Assembly (NCBI GenBank): GCA_965202805.1
Contig: OZ241869.1
Span: 1,472,001 to 1,536,000 of the forward strand
Length of the DNA stretch: 64,000 bases
Direction: 5' to 3'
Source of the DNA: Longimicrobiales bacterium
GTDB lineage: Bacteria > Gemmatimonadota > Gemmatimonadetes > Longimicrobiales > Gaopeijiaceae
Positions within the stretch are counted from its first letter, which is position 1, and each line of letters begins with the position of its first letter. Positions 24,748-34,098 of this stretch are shown piece after piece. The notes beneath the pieces are model-generated. The model ran no database searches. It worked only from the letters and a program-made list of their open reading frames with translations, and was not told the DNA's origin. The position numbers and the translations under genes are program-made.

Positions 24748-27699
24748 TCACCTTGGAACCGCCAGCAACATGGCGTCCAAGAGGCGTTTTTCCTGGCTAC
24801 CACGAGGATACAGGGCGGAGAGCGCGTTGGCGAGACGCAGGAACTCCGGTCCCCGATCCTGTTCCTCGCTGATCAGCCTCCGAAGGGCGTTCGTGTGGCC
24901 GCTCCGCTGGAGTAGCATGGCCGCGTGAACGCGATCAAGGGTGGTTGCGTCGGGTTCCCGGAGTTCAGCATCACTGCCGAGGATCTTGCCCTTGCGACCA
25001 CGAACGGCTCGTGGTGCCCCAGTTGGTTCCCAGTCGGGGAAGAGGGTCGCTTGAAGATCGGCGTCCTTCTCGAGCTTCCCCGCCGCGACGGAAGCACCTT
25101 CTTCACCGAAGAGTTCCTTAGCCCGCTTGGCCACGGGTAGGAGACGCACAATCCCCTTCTTTTGCTCGATTATTCGATTCGTCCATCGGTCGAGGTTGAT
25201 GCCCATCGGCTGTGCGAAGCGCCGGACAACGTCGAACGGCAGGCTGAGACCCTTGGCAACCGCCTTCGCGATGGCTTCCTCGTCCCTCCTAGCCTTGTTC
25301 TTCTCTTCGGGCTGTTCAGTGCTCTGAAGTGTCCAAAGGAAAAGCGCGGTCAGCCGCGAGTCTTCCTCAAGAGCCCCAATCTGGCCTCCAAAATCTGTCG
25401 ATCTCGCTGTCCCCAATACTCGTTGAAGCGCTGTCCGGCCAACAACCTCCCAGATCTTCTCTAGGTATTCCGGCAGCTTGACCCTTCGCCCCGCGGGTGT
25501 TTCGACAGCACGGTAGCGACTGAAGATTTCCAAGGCGGGCCCGATACACGCAAATACCAAGTCCGCACCACGGATGCCTTCGGCCTGCAAGCGCTCAATC
25601 CAGTCGGCGACACGGCCCGGCAACTCCTGCAGGACTTCGCTCCAATCCCCAATTGGAGCTTCGTTAGCACGTGGTCGACAGACTAAATGGACGCTGGTAG
25701 CGAGCGCAGCAGAATCCCGAGCACGGAGACGCGCACTCCTCTCGGTCGCGATTGGCCATGATGCAGTAATCGTCCATCCGCCTCGGATCATTCCGGCAAG
25801 CAGTGCTTCCCATCCTTCCGTGGTCTTGTGCGCAAAAACAACGCAACCTATTCCCTCGCTATTCAGCACCCGGCAGCCTTCCGCGAAGGTTTTGGACATC
25901 ATCTCTTCGAACCACTCACGGTCCTTTGGGCGACCTTGCACTTGTTTAGTCTTGTCCTGGACGATCTCGGATCGTTTCGGCGATAGAGGGTTGTCAGGAT
26001 CAAAGGGATCTCGTAGTACCGCGTGATCGGGCAGCGCTCGTTTCAGCCACACCAAGAAGAAATCCGACAGATCGGAGTATGGTATCGCATCGTAGTAGGG
26101 CGGATCCGTGAACCATACATCACTGGTCTCATCAGGCAGAGGATGTTGAATCGAATCTGCGAGCTCAGTCTGTCCCACGTGCGTTAGGTCGCGAACGCTC
26201 TTCTCAATGCAGTCAGCAACGTCTTTGAAACAGTTTTTTAGTCCACCTGCATAGGACACATCGGGATACATTTCCGGGAAATCCCAAGACATCGGTAGCG
26301 TTTGCATTCCAAACGCTCCGGCAACAGTCTCGCTCTTCCTGTGCCATTTGCTAAGCACGTTGCAATGCCGAAGGAGTTTCCCCAATGACAACGCTACCAG
26401 ACGCTGAAGTGCTTGTGTTTCCATTACTGCACTGTTTGCCAATCGCGACAAGAGCAATATAATGGCCATTTTTTGGCGGGCTGTGAACAAGTCTTGCCAT
26501 TCAAGTATCCCATATCGTTGAACACGAAAACCAAGAGTGCCGACCGGTGGCAATCGTTCGTCCGGCACGGGACAAGCGCCCTTCCTTCCGAGTCGCTCCC
26601 ATTTCTGGAGGATGTCCGCAAGCCGGTCTTGCGAGCGGCGCACAGCCTCATAGTCGGCCTCACATGGTGACCTGTAATACCGCCTCTTCGCGCCCGGTGG
26701 TACGGTCGCCACTGCCATCATCCGTGCTCCACCAATGCGACAACCCTCTTCGTCAAAGACAACATCGGTACCGCCGCGTTGGATCGCAATCTGATGTCGT
26801 ACTCGCTCACGGGACAGCACCGAGCCACAGCAAAGGCAGGTTGCTTTGGCTCCGGACACAGTCGCACCACCTACCTCGCTGGCCGAAATCGGCTTGAACA
26901 ACTCAAACGCAAGTCTCGGCTGACTTCCAGCAGCCCGGATTATCCGATGCCGAAGTGCCCGCCTGCGCTTTGGCTTTTGACACAACCAAAAGGAACGCAT
27001 CAGCGGAATTTCTGCGCCGCAAGCTGGCGCTTCACAGCGCACTGTACGCGCCCAGAGAAAGGCAAACGGAGTCGCTCCGTCGGGGTCAGCAGGAAATAGC
27101 TCAGCCAGATCTTGTTCCGCCTGCCGTCGAGTATCGTTGGCGACGCGACGAAACTCGTCAATCAACGGTCCCCCACCCCGTGGGATGTCGTCTAGGAGTG
27201 CCTTAAGTATGAGGCACGCCACAGGATTCAGATCGCTAGCAAAGGTGTCACAACCCAACCGGAGAGCTTCGAATGGAATTGATCCACCACCCGCGAATGG
27301 GTCTACCACTAAGGGAGATGCCGGGCCGTGGGCAGCACTGACCAGGGCCCGTGCCACCCGAAGGTATATGGGATGGCCAGCCATCTCCCAACTAGAAAAG
27401 ACACCAATGAACCAGAGCAATGCCTTTCGCAGTTCCATGTCGTTCGCCGGGCGACGACGAATTTCTTGCAGGATTTGCCGGGCTTGTTTCTTGAAACCGC
27501 TTGGACAATGGTCGTCGCATGGGTCTGGTAGCAGCAATGCGATTAGCAATCCCCGACAGGAAGCCAACGGCCTCCGAGCCCACCAAAGATGAAGCTTAGA
27601 CGGGTGGCCCAGAGTTGTATTCTGTCGGACAGCATGCCGGGATACTTCGGCTATCGGAAAATCTACCTCAGCAAGGCGTTTGCAACTCCTAGGAATCAT
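24748..27699 (-). CDS. DUF1156-family adenine-specific DNA methyltransferase
   Basis: LHLWWARRPLASCR (DUF1156), DPFAGGGSIP (motif I), TDPPYYD (motif IV), CxxC Zn motifs. Start MIPRSCKRL at 27699. Confidence 0.9.
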   Translation of the reverse strand: MIPRSCKRLAEVDFPIAEVSRHAVRQNTTLGHPSKLHLWWARRPLASCRGLLIALLLPDPCDDHCPSGFKKQARQILQEIRRRPANDMELRKALLWFIGVFSSWEMAGHPIYLRVARALVSAAHGPASPLVVDPFAGGGSIPFEALRLGCDTFASDLNPVACLILKALLDDIPRGGGPLIDEFRRVANDTRRQAEQDLAELFPADPDGATPFAFLWARTVRCEAPACGAEIPLMRSFWLCQKPKRRRALRHRIIRAAGSQPRLAFELFKPISASEVGGATVSGAKATCLCCGSVLSRERVRHQIAIQRGGTDVVFDEEGCRIGGARMMAVATVPPGAKRRYYRSPCEADYEAVRRSQDRLADILQKWERLGRKGACPVPDERLPPVGTLGFRVQRYGILEWQDLFTARQKMAIILLLSRLANSAVMETQALQRLVALSLGKLLRHCNVLSKWHRKSETVAGAFGMQTLPMSWDFPEMYPDVSYAGGLKNCFKDVADCIEKSVRDLTHVGQTELADSIQHPLPDETSDVWFTDPPYYDAIPYSDLSDFFLVWLKRALPDHAVLRDPFDPDNPLSPKRSEIVQDKTKQVQGRPKDREWFEEMMSKTFAEGCRVLNSEGIGCVVFAHKTTEGWEALLAGMIRGGWTITASWPIATERSARLRARDSAALATSVHLVCRPRANEAPIGDWSEVLQELPGRVADWIERLQAEGIRGADLVFACIGPALEIFSRYRAVETPAGRRVKLPEYLEKIWEVVGRTALQRVLGTARSTDFGGQIGALEEDSRLTALFLWTLQSTEQPEEKNKARRDEEAIAKAVAKGLSLPFDVVRRFAQPMGINLDRWTNRIIEQKKGIVRLLPVAKRAKELFGEEGASVAAGKLEKDADLQATLFPDWEPTGAPRAVRGRKGKILGSDAELREPDATTLDRVHAAMLLQRSGHTNALRRLISEEQDRGPEFLRLANALSALYPRGSQEKRLLDAMLLAVPR

Positions 27700-27885
27700 G
27701 CGGACTTCTGGTCCTTTTCGTAAGGTAATCCAAGGGTTCCCGAAATGCTGAAGAGTTGATGCTGGAAGTGCGTACAATAGTTGCGGATGTGGTCACGATC
27801 ATCGATCCGTGCCCTAGAGACTTGATCCCCACAACTACGGAGCAGCCAATGGACCGGCGGTCGTGGGCCAGCGACGGAGCGCCCA

Positions 27886-30800
27886 TCATGATCTATCCCT
27901 TCTTGAGATTTCGTACGATCCCTCATCTTCTCTAATCTTCATAGGTTGGATGATTGCATCAACCTCCAGCCAGTAATGTTGCACCTTCGTGACTTCACGC
28001 CAAGGACTGCGCGCAGGATCCGGCACGGGCTCCTGGAGCTGCGGTTCGCCCGCACAATTCGTAACCACATAAAGCCAGTAGCAGTCTGGACGATCCTCCG
28101 CTACTCGTCGCTCGTTGGGGGTGAGCAGTATCGTTCCCTTGGCCCCGGCCAGACCCTTGATCTCGATTAGCCGAAGTTCGCCAGAGCGGAGGTCAAGACT
28201 GGTGATGTCGTAGCCCAAGTTCTTCTCGTGAACGTCCGTGACCTGACACCCCCGCGACTCTTCGTAGTCCATGACGACGCACATGGCGGTCATCTCGGTC
28301 TCAGGATTGGGTCGCAACCGGCGGACATCCGGTGATCCGCGCTCGGGATGCGGCAGGACCAACACGCTAGCCAGCCGCTCGACCCCTTGGAGCGTTACCG
28401 CACGCTGACGGGTTAGCTCCTCCCGACGTTGATTGCGGCGCGCCATGACGTCGTCGTGTCTGGCTTCAGCCTGAGCAAGTCGTCCCTGGGAGCCCGTGAC
28501 TCCCCTTGTAACCTCGTCGGCAGCGCGACCGATTTCATCGTCGATCCGCTGCAGGACTTCGGTCAAAGACAGTTCGACATGCCTTGCGATACGGTCGGAC
28601 TCGGCCAGACGATCCTCCCGAACCTCCTTGATGAAGGGCATCAGCGCATGCTGGCTGAGCCACGAGGTCGGGTCGGGCAGAGCGGCGGCGGGCGGTAGTT
28701 CATGAGGCACAGGAGCGGGGATGAGGTTACCCAGGGCATCTGCTTCCCTCAGTGTCGGCGTCCCGTCGCATGCCAATTCGACCGTGAAGAGCCGCTCGTG
28801 GATCACCTTGCCGAGCCCATCCACGACACGAGCACGGTAGAAGTCGAGGCGAGAAGGCTCATCCTGCGCGATCGAATAGAAGCAGGCACCTGCGGAAAAG
28901 GCCTCCTGTGCCCGGTCGCGGGCATGCCGCCGGAGCGCCTCGAAGAGCGGATGTCCCGGAGTGACCCACTCAAGATGATGTTTCTCAGCGACCTTGCGAT
29001 CCGTTGAGAGACGGGGATAGCGCACGGCAAGGTCCTGGAGTTTCCAATCTGCTTCGCGCTCATATCTCCTCAGGGACAGCGGCGTCCGTCCCGGGGCAAA
29101 GGTGTGTGCGGGGCGGCGGAGCGGCTTCAGGGGCAGGCGAGCATCCCGGGCGCACTCGTTGATGAATCGCGCGATCGTCTCCGGCACCATGCGGCGTTCC
29201 TGGGCCCGCGCCTTGCGCTCGACCAGCATATCGAGGTTCAACTTCCTCGCGGCCAATCCCTCCAGTGCATTCTGGCAGATGCTGCGGAAGTGGCCCTCAT
29301 CGACATTCTTCAGGAGCCGTTCCTCAAGATCCTGGTGGCCTAGCCTGCCGGCGTAGTAGTCCCGAAGGACGCGTTCGACCTGTGCCGAAGGGAGCACTTC
29401 GCCCACCACGTTGAACACCGCGTCATCGTCCAAAGCGTCCCGGATCTCCTGAAGCTTCTGGTGCAGCCGCCCCAGCACCCGTCCTTCGATGGTGTTGGTG
29501 GCGACAAAGTTGAAGATCAGGCAGTCCTCCTGCTGTCCGTAGCGGTGAATCCGGCCCATGCGTTGCTCGAGCCGGTTCGGGTTCCAGGGGATGTCGTAGT
29601 TGAACAGGATGTGGCAGCACTGGAGGTTGATGCCTTCGCCGGCCGCCTCGGTGGCCACGAGAACCTGGATGGCGCCCTCGCGGAATTGCTGCTCCACGTA
29701 GAGCCGTGTTCCGGGTTCGTCCCGCGATCCCGGCTTCATTCCCCCGTGGATGCACCCGACTACAAAGCCCCAGGCTTCAAGCCTTTGCATCAGGTAGGAG
29801 AGGGTGTCCTTGAACTCCGTGAAGATCAGGAGACGCTGGTCGGGTCTGTCGAAGAACCCCTCCTCCTGCATGATCTGGTGGAGATGCGCGAGCTTCGCCT
29901 CGTTTCCGGAGTCCTCGACTGCCCTCGCCTCTTCCGCCAACTCTTTGAGTTCCGCGATTTCCGCCCGTACCTGCTCCGCGTTGCCGGCAAGCGTAATCGC
30001 TTCCAGCATCCGCTCCAGGCGCTCGCGCTCCACGTCTTCGTACTCCTCCAACTCCTCGAGGTCGGGCAGGTCCGGCGGTGCCGTACGGGCCAGACGTTCG
30101 GCCTGTCGCAGTCCATCATCGAGACGCTTGGCCCGGTTCTCCAGCGACCGGCGCAGGGAGTGCGTACTGGAAGCAAGCCGTCTCTGGTAGAGCGACATCA
30201 GGAAACCGACGGCGCGGGCGCGCGGATCATTGCTTCGCTCGGCCGCCCGGCGGCTTTGCCGCTTCACAAATCGCGTCACACGCGTGTAGAGGTCGAATTC
30301 CGCCCCATCGATCCTGAAGTCGGCCGTGCGGGGGATGCGCTTCGTGAAGACCGGTTGCGCGGCCCAGGTACCGTCCGATTGCCGTGTCGGGAAGTAGACC
30401 ATCGCTTCCTTTGTACGACGCAGGTAGAACGGCGCCCTCTGTCGTTCCATGGCCTCGTTGATGGAACGCACGTCGGCGTATGCATCGCGGTCCAGCAACT
30501 GAAGGAAGAGCGTGAAGTTCTTCGCATCACCCTTATGCGGCGTGGCTGTCAGCAGCAGGATGTGGTCCGCCGCGTCGCGCAGGATCTCTCCCAGCTTGTA
30601 GCGCAGGCTCTTGTGGCCTTCGTCGCGCGCCGACATTCGATGCGCCTCGTCGACGATGACGAGGTCCCAGCCTGCCTGCTGTAGTCCGGGAAGGATATCC
30701 TGGCGCTTGGCGAGATCAAGCGAAGTGATGACCTGGTTCTGCTCAAGCCACTGGTTGACGCCGAACTGGTCGCGGATGTCGCTCCCCTTCAACACGATGA

Positions 30801-31338
30801 ACTTCTCGTCGAACTTCTCCCTCAGCTCCCGCTGCCACTGGAAGGAGAGGTTGGCGGGACAGACCACGAGAACGCGTTCGATGAGGCCTCGTAGCTTGAG
30901 TTCGCGGACGAGCAGGCCCGCCATGATGGTCTTGCCGGCACCCGCGTCGTCGGCCAAGAGGAACCGCACGCTGGGAAGCTTGAGGAGGTGTTCGTAGACG
31001 GCCTCCAACTGATGCGGAAGCGGGTCGACGCGCGAGATGGACAGCCCGAAGTACGGATCGAACTCGTAGGCGATGCCGAGCGAGTAAGCCTGGAGTCCAA
31101 GGCGGAGAAGCCGGCCATCGCCATCGTAGGACAGAGCGGCGTCGGCGATGGTTAGGCTGGCTACGTCACTGGATGTGAGGGTTACCCGACGGAATCGCTC
31201 GGACCGCATGCCGACCAAGCCTACCATCCAGATGTCGGAACCGCTCGCTCGCACGGTCTCCACCTGCATCGGCTCGCTGAACAAGGGGCCGGTGACGATC
31301 TGGCCTTCCTGCAGCGTGGTTGGGTCGGATGTCGTCAT
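27886..31338 (-). CDS. SNF2-family helicase with C-terminal DUF3883 (PD-(D/E)xK) nuclease
   Basis: LADDAGAGKT, VDEAH, TATPH, EGINLQ, WNPNRLEQRMGRIHRYGQ; C-terminal GYDITS...IEIKG. Confidence 0.92.
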   Translation of the reverse strand: MTTSDPTTLQEGQIVTGPLFSEPMQVETVRASGSDIWMVGLVGMRSERFRRVTLTSSDVASLTIADAALSYDGDGRLLRLGLQAYSLGIAYEFDPYFGLSISRVDPLPHQLEAVYEHLLKLPSVRFLLADDAGAGKTIMAGLLVRELKLRGLIERVLVVCPANLSFQWQRELREKFDEKFIVLKGSDIRDQFGVNQWLEQNQVITSLDLAKRQDILPGLQQAGWDLVIVDEAHRMSARDEGHKSLRYKLGEILRDAADHILLLTATPHKGDAKNFTLFLQLLDRDAYADVRSINEAMERQRAPFYLRRTKEAMVYFPTRQSDGTWAAQPVFTKRIPRTADFRIDGAEFDLYTRVTRFVKRQSRRAAERSNDPRARAVGFLMSLYQRRLASSTHSLRRSLENRAKRLDDGLRQAERLARTAPPDLPDLEELEEYEDVERERLERMLEAITLAGNAEQVRAEIAELKELAEEARAVEDSGNEAKLAHLHQIMQEEGFFDRPDQRLLIFTEFKDTLSYLMQRLEAWGFVVGCIHGGMKPGSRDEPGTRLYVEQQFREGAIQVLVATEAAGEGINLQCCHILFNYDIPWNPNRLEQRMGRIHRYGQQEDCLIFNFVATNTIEGRVLGRLHQKLQEIRDALDDDAVFNVVGEVLPSAQVERVLRDYYAGRLGHQDLEERLLKNVDEGHFRSICQNALEGLAARKLNLDMLVERKARAQERRMVPETIARFINECARDARLPLKPLRRPAHTFAPGRTPLSLRRYEREADWKLQDLAVRYPRLSTDRKVAEKHHLEWVTPGHPLFEALRRHARDRAQEAFSAGACFYSIAQDEPSRLDFYRARVVDGLGKVIHERLFTVELACDGTPTLREADALGNLIPAPVPHELPPAAALPDPTSWLSQHALMPFIKEVREDRLAESDRIARHVELSLTEVLQRIDDEIGRAADEVTRGVTGSQGRLAQAEARHDDVMARRNQRREELTRQRAVTLQGVERLASVLVLPHPERGSPDVRRLRPNPETEMTAMCVVMDYEESRGCQVTDVHEKNLGYDITSLDLRSGELRLIEIKGLAGAKGTILLTPNERRVAEDRPDCYWLYVVTNCAGEPQLQEPVPDPARSPWREVTKVQHYWLEVDAIIQPMKIREDEGSYEISRRDRS

Positions 31339-31453
31339 GGAGGCAGGATCAACGGTCGCGTCAAATCACCAAGGCGACCGGAATATGTCATAATCGGGCC
31401 AGTCTTGCCTATCTCGCCGGTGCGGAAACGTTGGCGAGCAGTCCGCAGAGGTG

Positions 31454-31476
31454 TACCATATGCCATATGTAGCAAC
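31454..31476. repeat. Right island-boundary repeat, (CCATATG)x2
   Basis: TACCATATGCCATATGTAGCAAC; matches the left repeat. Confidence 0.75.
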
Positions 31477-31477
31477 C

Positions 31478-32860
31478 TCACCCCTGGTGGAGGTCGATGC
31501 CGGCCGCCAACGCTCTCGCCCTCGCGAACCGACCCGCCAGACCCGGACGGCTCTCCCAGTTGGCGGTGATGTGCAGGCCAGCCGGCAGCCGGAGCCCCCG
31601 GAGTGCCGACCACGAGGTGTCCCATGCGGGCATTGCGGGGTGGGCGATGGCGATTGGCTCCGCGTCGTATCCGGTGCAACGGTGGAATTCGGAAGCGGCG
31701 ATTGCACCGAGCGCGGCACCACTGCTCGCGCTGGCGACCTCGGGCCGCGCGTTGTCGGGACAGGTGCGAAACTCGCGTGTGTCGGAGAGGGCTTCGGCCC
31801 ACCCTGATCCGCCGCCGACCCCGTGGCCACCTCGGCGGGCGCCTTCCTGGTGACCGGCGCGCAAATAGGCCGTGTACACCCCGGTACGGTCCCGGTGGCC
31901 CCCTTCCCCGCCGAACAGGCAGTGGCTGAAGGTCACGCCACGCAGGGGGCACGACTCCGCCAGCGACATCTGGAAACCGATCCCGCGAAGGTCGGTGTCG
32001 GCACGCAGGTGCACGACCGCGAGCGGGTTGTAGCGGAGGCCGCCGATGCGGGAGGACGCGTCCGGCGCGACTTCGCCGAGCAGCCGGGCCGCCACCGGAG
32101 CCGGGACGGCGAGCACCACCTGCTGCGCCGACAACGTCTCGTCGTCCAGCACGACCGACCAGCCGCCCGGTCGTGGTTCGATCGAGCGCACCGGGGTGTT
32201 CAGGCGCACCCCTTCGCCCAAGGCGCGCGCCAGCGCGCGGGGAAGGCTCTCCATGCCGTCCGCGAAGGAGCAAGCGGCGGGCGGGCGGGCGTTGCGACGG
32301 CGCAGGCGGGCGAGCACGAGGCTCCGACCGACTCCCACATCGCGCAACAGACCGCCCAGCGACAGTCCTACAATCATGTCGCCGGGGTCGGTCCCGTAGA
32401 GCCCTCCGTAAAGGGGGCCCACCACGTGCTCGTAGAGTTCGCGCCCCAGCTTGCGGGAGAAGAAATCGGCCACCCGCTCCTCTTCGCGGGCTTCGGGTGT
32501 GAGGGGCTCGAGCATGGCGCGAAGCTTGCCGCGCCAGCTCACGACATCGGATGCCAGCAGACCGGGCACGGAAAGGGGTACCCGGCGAAGCCTTCCGTCA
32601 CGGTAGATGAAGAAGTCGAGGTCTTCGGGCCCGAGGATGAGCGATTCGCGCAGTCCCAACTCGTCCACCAGGGCAGCGAATGGCACGGTGAGGCGGGCGC
32701 GCTGGGGACCGTTCTCAAGGAGCAGCCCGTGGGCGCGCTCGCTCCTCACGACGCCGCCGGGGCGTTCGTCGGCTTCCAGGACGAGACATTCGCGTCCCCT
32801 CCGGACCAGTTCCCGGCCCAGCGCGAGGCCGCTCATGCCGCCTCCGACGATGGCGATCAA
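31478..32860 (-). CDS. hemY: HemY-type coproporphyrinogen/protoporphyrinogen oxidase
   Basis: IVGGGMSGL, LEADERPGG, ENGP, PLYGGLYG. TTG start overlaps the hemH stop. Confidence 0.9.
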   Translation of the reverse strand: MIAIVGGGMSGLALGRELVRRGRECLVLEADERPGGVVRSERAHGLLLENGPQRARLTVPFAALVDELGLRESLILGPEDLDFFIYRDGRLRRVPLSVPGLLASDVVSWRGKLRAMLEPLTPEAREEERVADFFSRKLGRELYEHVVGPLYGGLYGTDPGDMIVGLSLGGLLRDVGVGRSLVLARLRRRNARPPAACSFADGMESLPRALARALGEGVRLNTPVRSIEPRPGGWSVVLDDETLSAQQVVLAVPAPVAARLLGEVAPDASSRIGGLRYNPLAVVHLRADTDLRGIGFQMSLAESCPLRGVTFSHCLFGGEGGHRDRTGVYTAYLRAGHQEGARRGGHGVGGGSGWAEALSDTREFRTCPDNARPEVASASSGAALGAIAASEFHRCTGYDAEPIAIAHPAMPAWDTSWSALRGLRLPAGLHITANWESRPGLAGRFARARALAAGIDLHQG

Positions 32861-34026
32861 GGGGAGAGCTCGGAGTTCGGCTCGCGGTCGGGGCTCGGCT
32901 TGATGTAGGGGCTGGGCGGGAGGTCGCGCGCGCCATTGGTGCACCAGGTGCCGGGCACCGGGCGGCAGCGGCAGGAGGTCAGCGAGAAGTCGCCGACCCA
33001 CGCCTGGCCCAGCGCCTGCCCGACAAGGTCCGCCAGGACGCCGGCGAAAAGGGGATCGTCGTGAGGGACCGGAACCCGGTGCATCTCCTTGCCCATGGCG
33101 TCGATTTCGGCCCGCAGCTCGCGGTCGAGCTCATCGAGGGTTTCGGACTGCTCGTGCATGAAGCTGACGGCGTCGACCACCAGGAGCCGTTCGGTCAGGG
33201 TGCGGATGCGCTCCTCGTTGTCTGGCCAGATCCAGGCGATACGCCGGTTGGTGTGGTTCTGGAACCCCACGGCGAAACGGTCCCCGACTCCGAGCGCTCC
33301 GGCGATCTCCCGGCAGTGCTCCTCGACGTAGCGGTCGTAGCGGTTGCCCTCGGTAATGTACTTCACGGGCGTGCCGTGGGCGGAGAAATAGAGGATCGTG
33401 TCGGGGTCCCCGAGGTCGAGACCCTGCTCTTCAACGAACGCGCGGATGTGCTGCGCGCGCAGCCCCCTGTAGTCCGGATGCCGGTGCCAGCCGGCCACGG
33501 CGACGAAGGGCACGTCCCACTCCAGGTCGTCGAGCGCGCTGCGCACCGAGTCGAGTGCGGCCACCGTCGTGGAATGACCGCACATCGGGTAGACCGGCAG
33601 TCCCACCAGCACATCAGCACGCCCCTCGCGCGCCCGGGCTACCCCGTCGGACACGAAGGGGGGCGTGAACTGGAAGACAGTCTGGACCTGGGCATCCACA
33701 TCGCGCGAGGCGAACTCCTGCTCCAGCGCTTCCGCCTGTGCGCGGGCCTGTCGGTCCAGGGGCGAACCGCCGATGACCCGGTACGCTTCCACGAGGTCGG
33801 GGGCGCGGGCAGCGGCGAGCTGGGATGCGCGGGCACGGGCGGCCCGGTCGGCTTCCAGGTCGGCGTTCTGAAGGAAGATCCGCTCCAGAAAGGACGTGAC
33901 CTGCTCCAGCGCGGGCTCGGCCGGCTCGCCGAAGTTGATGAGAAGGACCGCGATCCTCAGCGCATCATCTCCTGCGGAGTCCACGGGCAACCGACCAGGC
34001 TGCGTCAGGGGCGCGACGCTCTTCAC
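32857..34026 (-). CDS. hemH: Ferrochelatase (probably coproporphyrin ferrochelatase CpfC)
   Basis: VLLINFGEP, IGGSPL, FSAHGTP, EQSETLDELD. Confidence 0.9.
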   Translation of the reverse strand: MKSVAPLTQPGRLPVDSAGDDALRIAVLLINFGEPAEPALEQVTSFLERIFLQNADLEADRAARARASQLAAARAPDLVEAYRVIGGSPLDRQARAQAEALEQEFASRDVDAQVQTVFQFTPPFVSDGVARAREGRADVLVGLPVYPMCGHSTTVAALDSVRSALDDLEWDVPFVAVAGWHRHPDYRGLRAQHIRAFVEEQGLDLGDPDTILYFSAHGTPVKYITEGNRYDRYVEEHCREIAGALGVGDRFAVGFQNHTNRRIAWIWPDNEERIRTLTERLLVVDAVSFMHEQSETLDELDRELRAEIDAMGKEMHRVPVPHDDPLFAGVLADLVGQALGQAWVGDFSLTSCRCRPVPGTWCTNGARDLPPSPYIKPSPDREPNSELSP

Positions 34027-34098
34027 GAACGTATCCCGCCGGGCGCCCGGATGTTCTCCCGGGACTATTCGCGCGGTCGGAGCGGGTTCGCGGCGGCA

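Larger units (their letters stand above)
16513..31477. mobile_element. Putative ~15-kb defence island; no integrase or transposase seen
   Basis: Seven co-oriented defence-type genes, visibly lower GC, terminal direct repeats, right end next to the hemY stop. Confidence 0.6.

Noticed and set aside
16657..31338. Calling the island BREX or DISARM
   Set aside because: No PglZ, BrxA/B/L, DrmA/B or PLD recognised; the components fit the DUF499/DUF1156/SNF2 type better.
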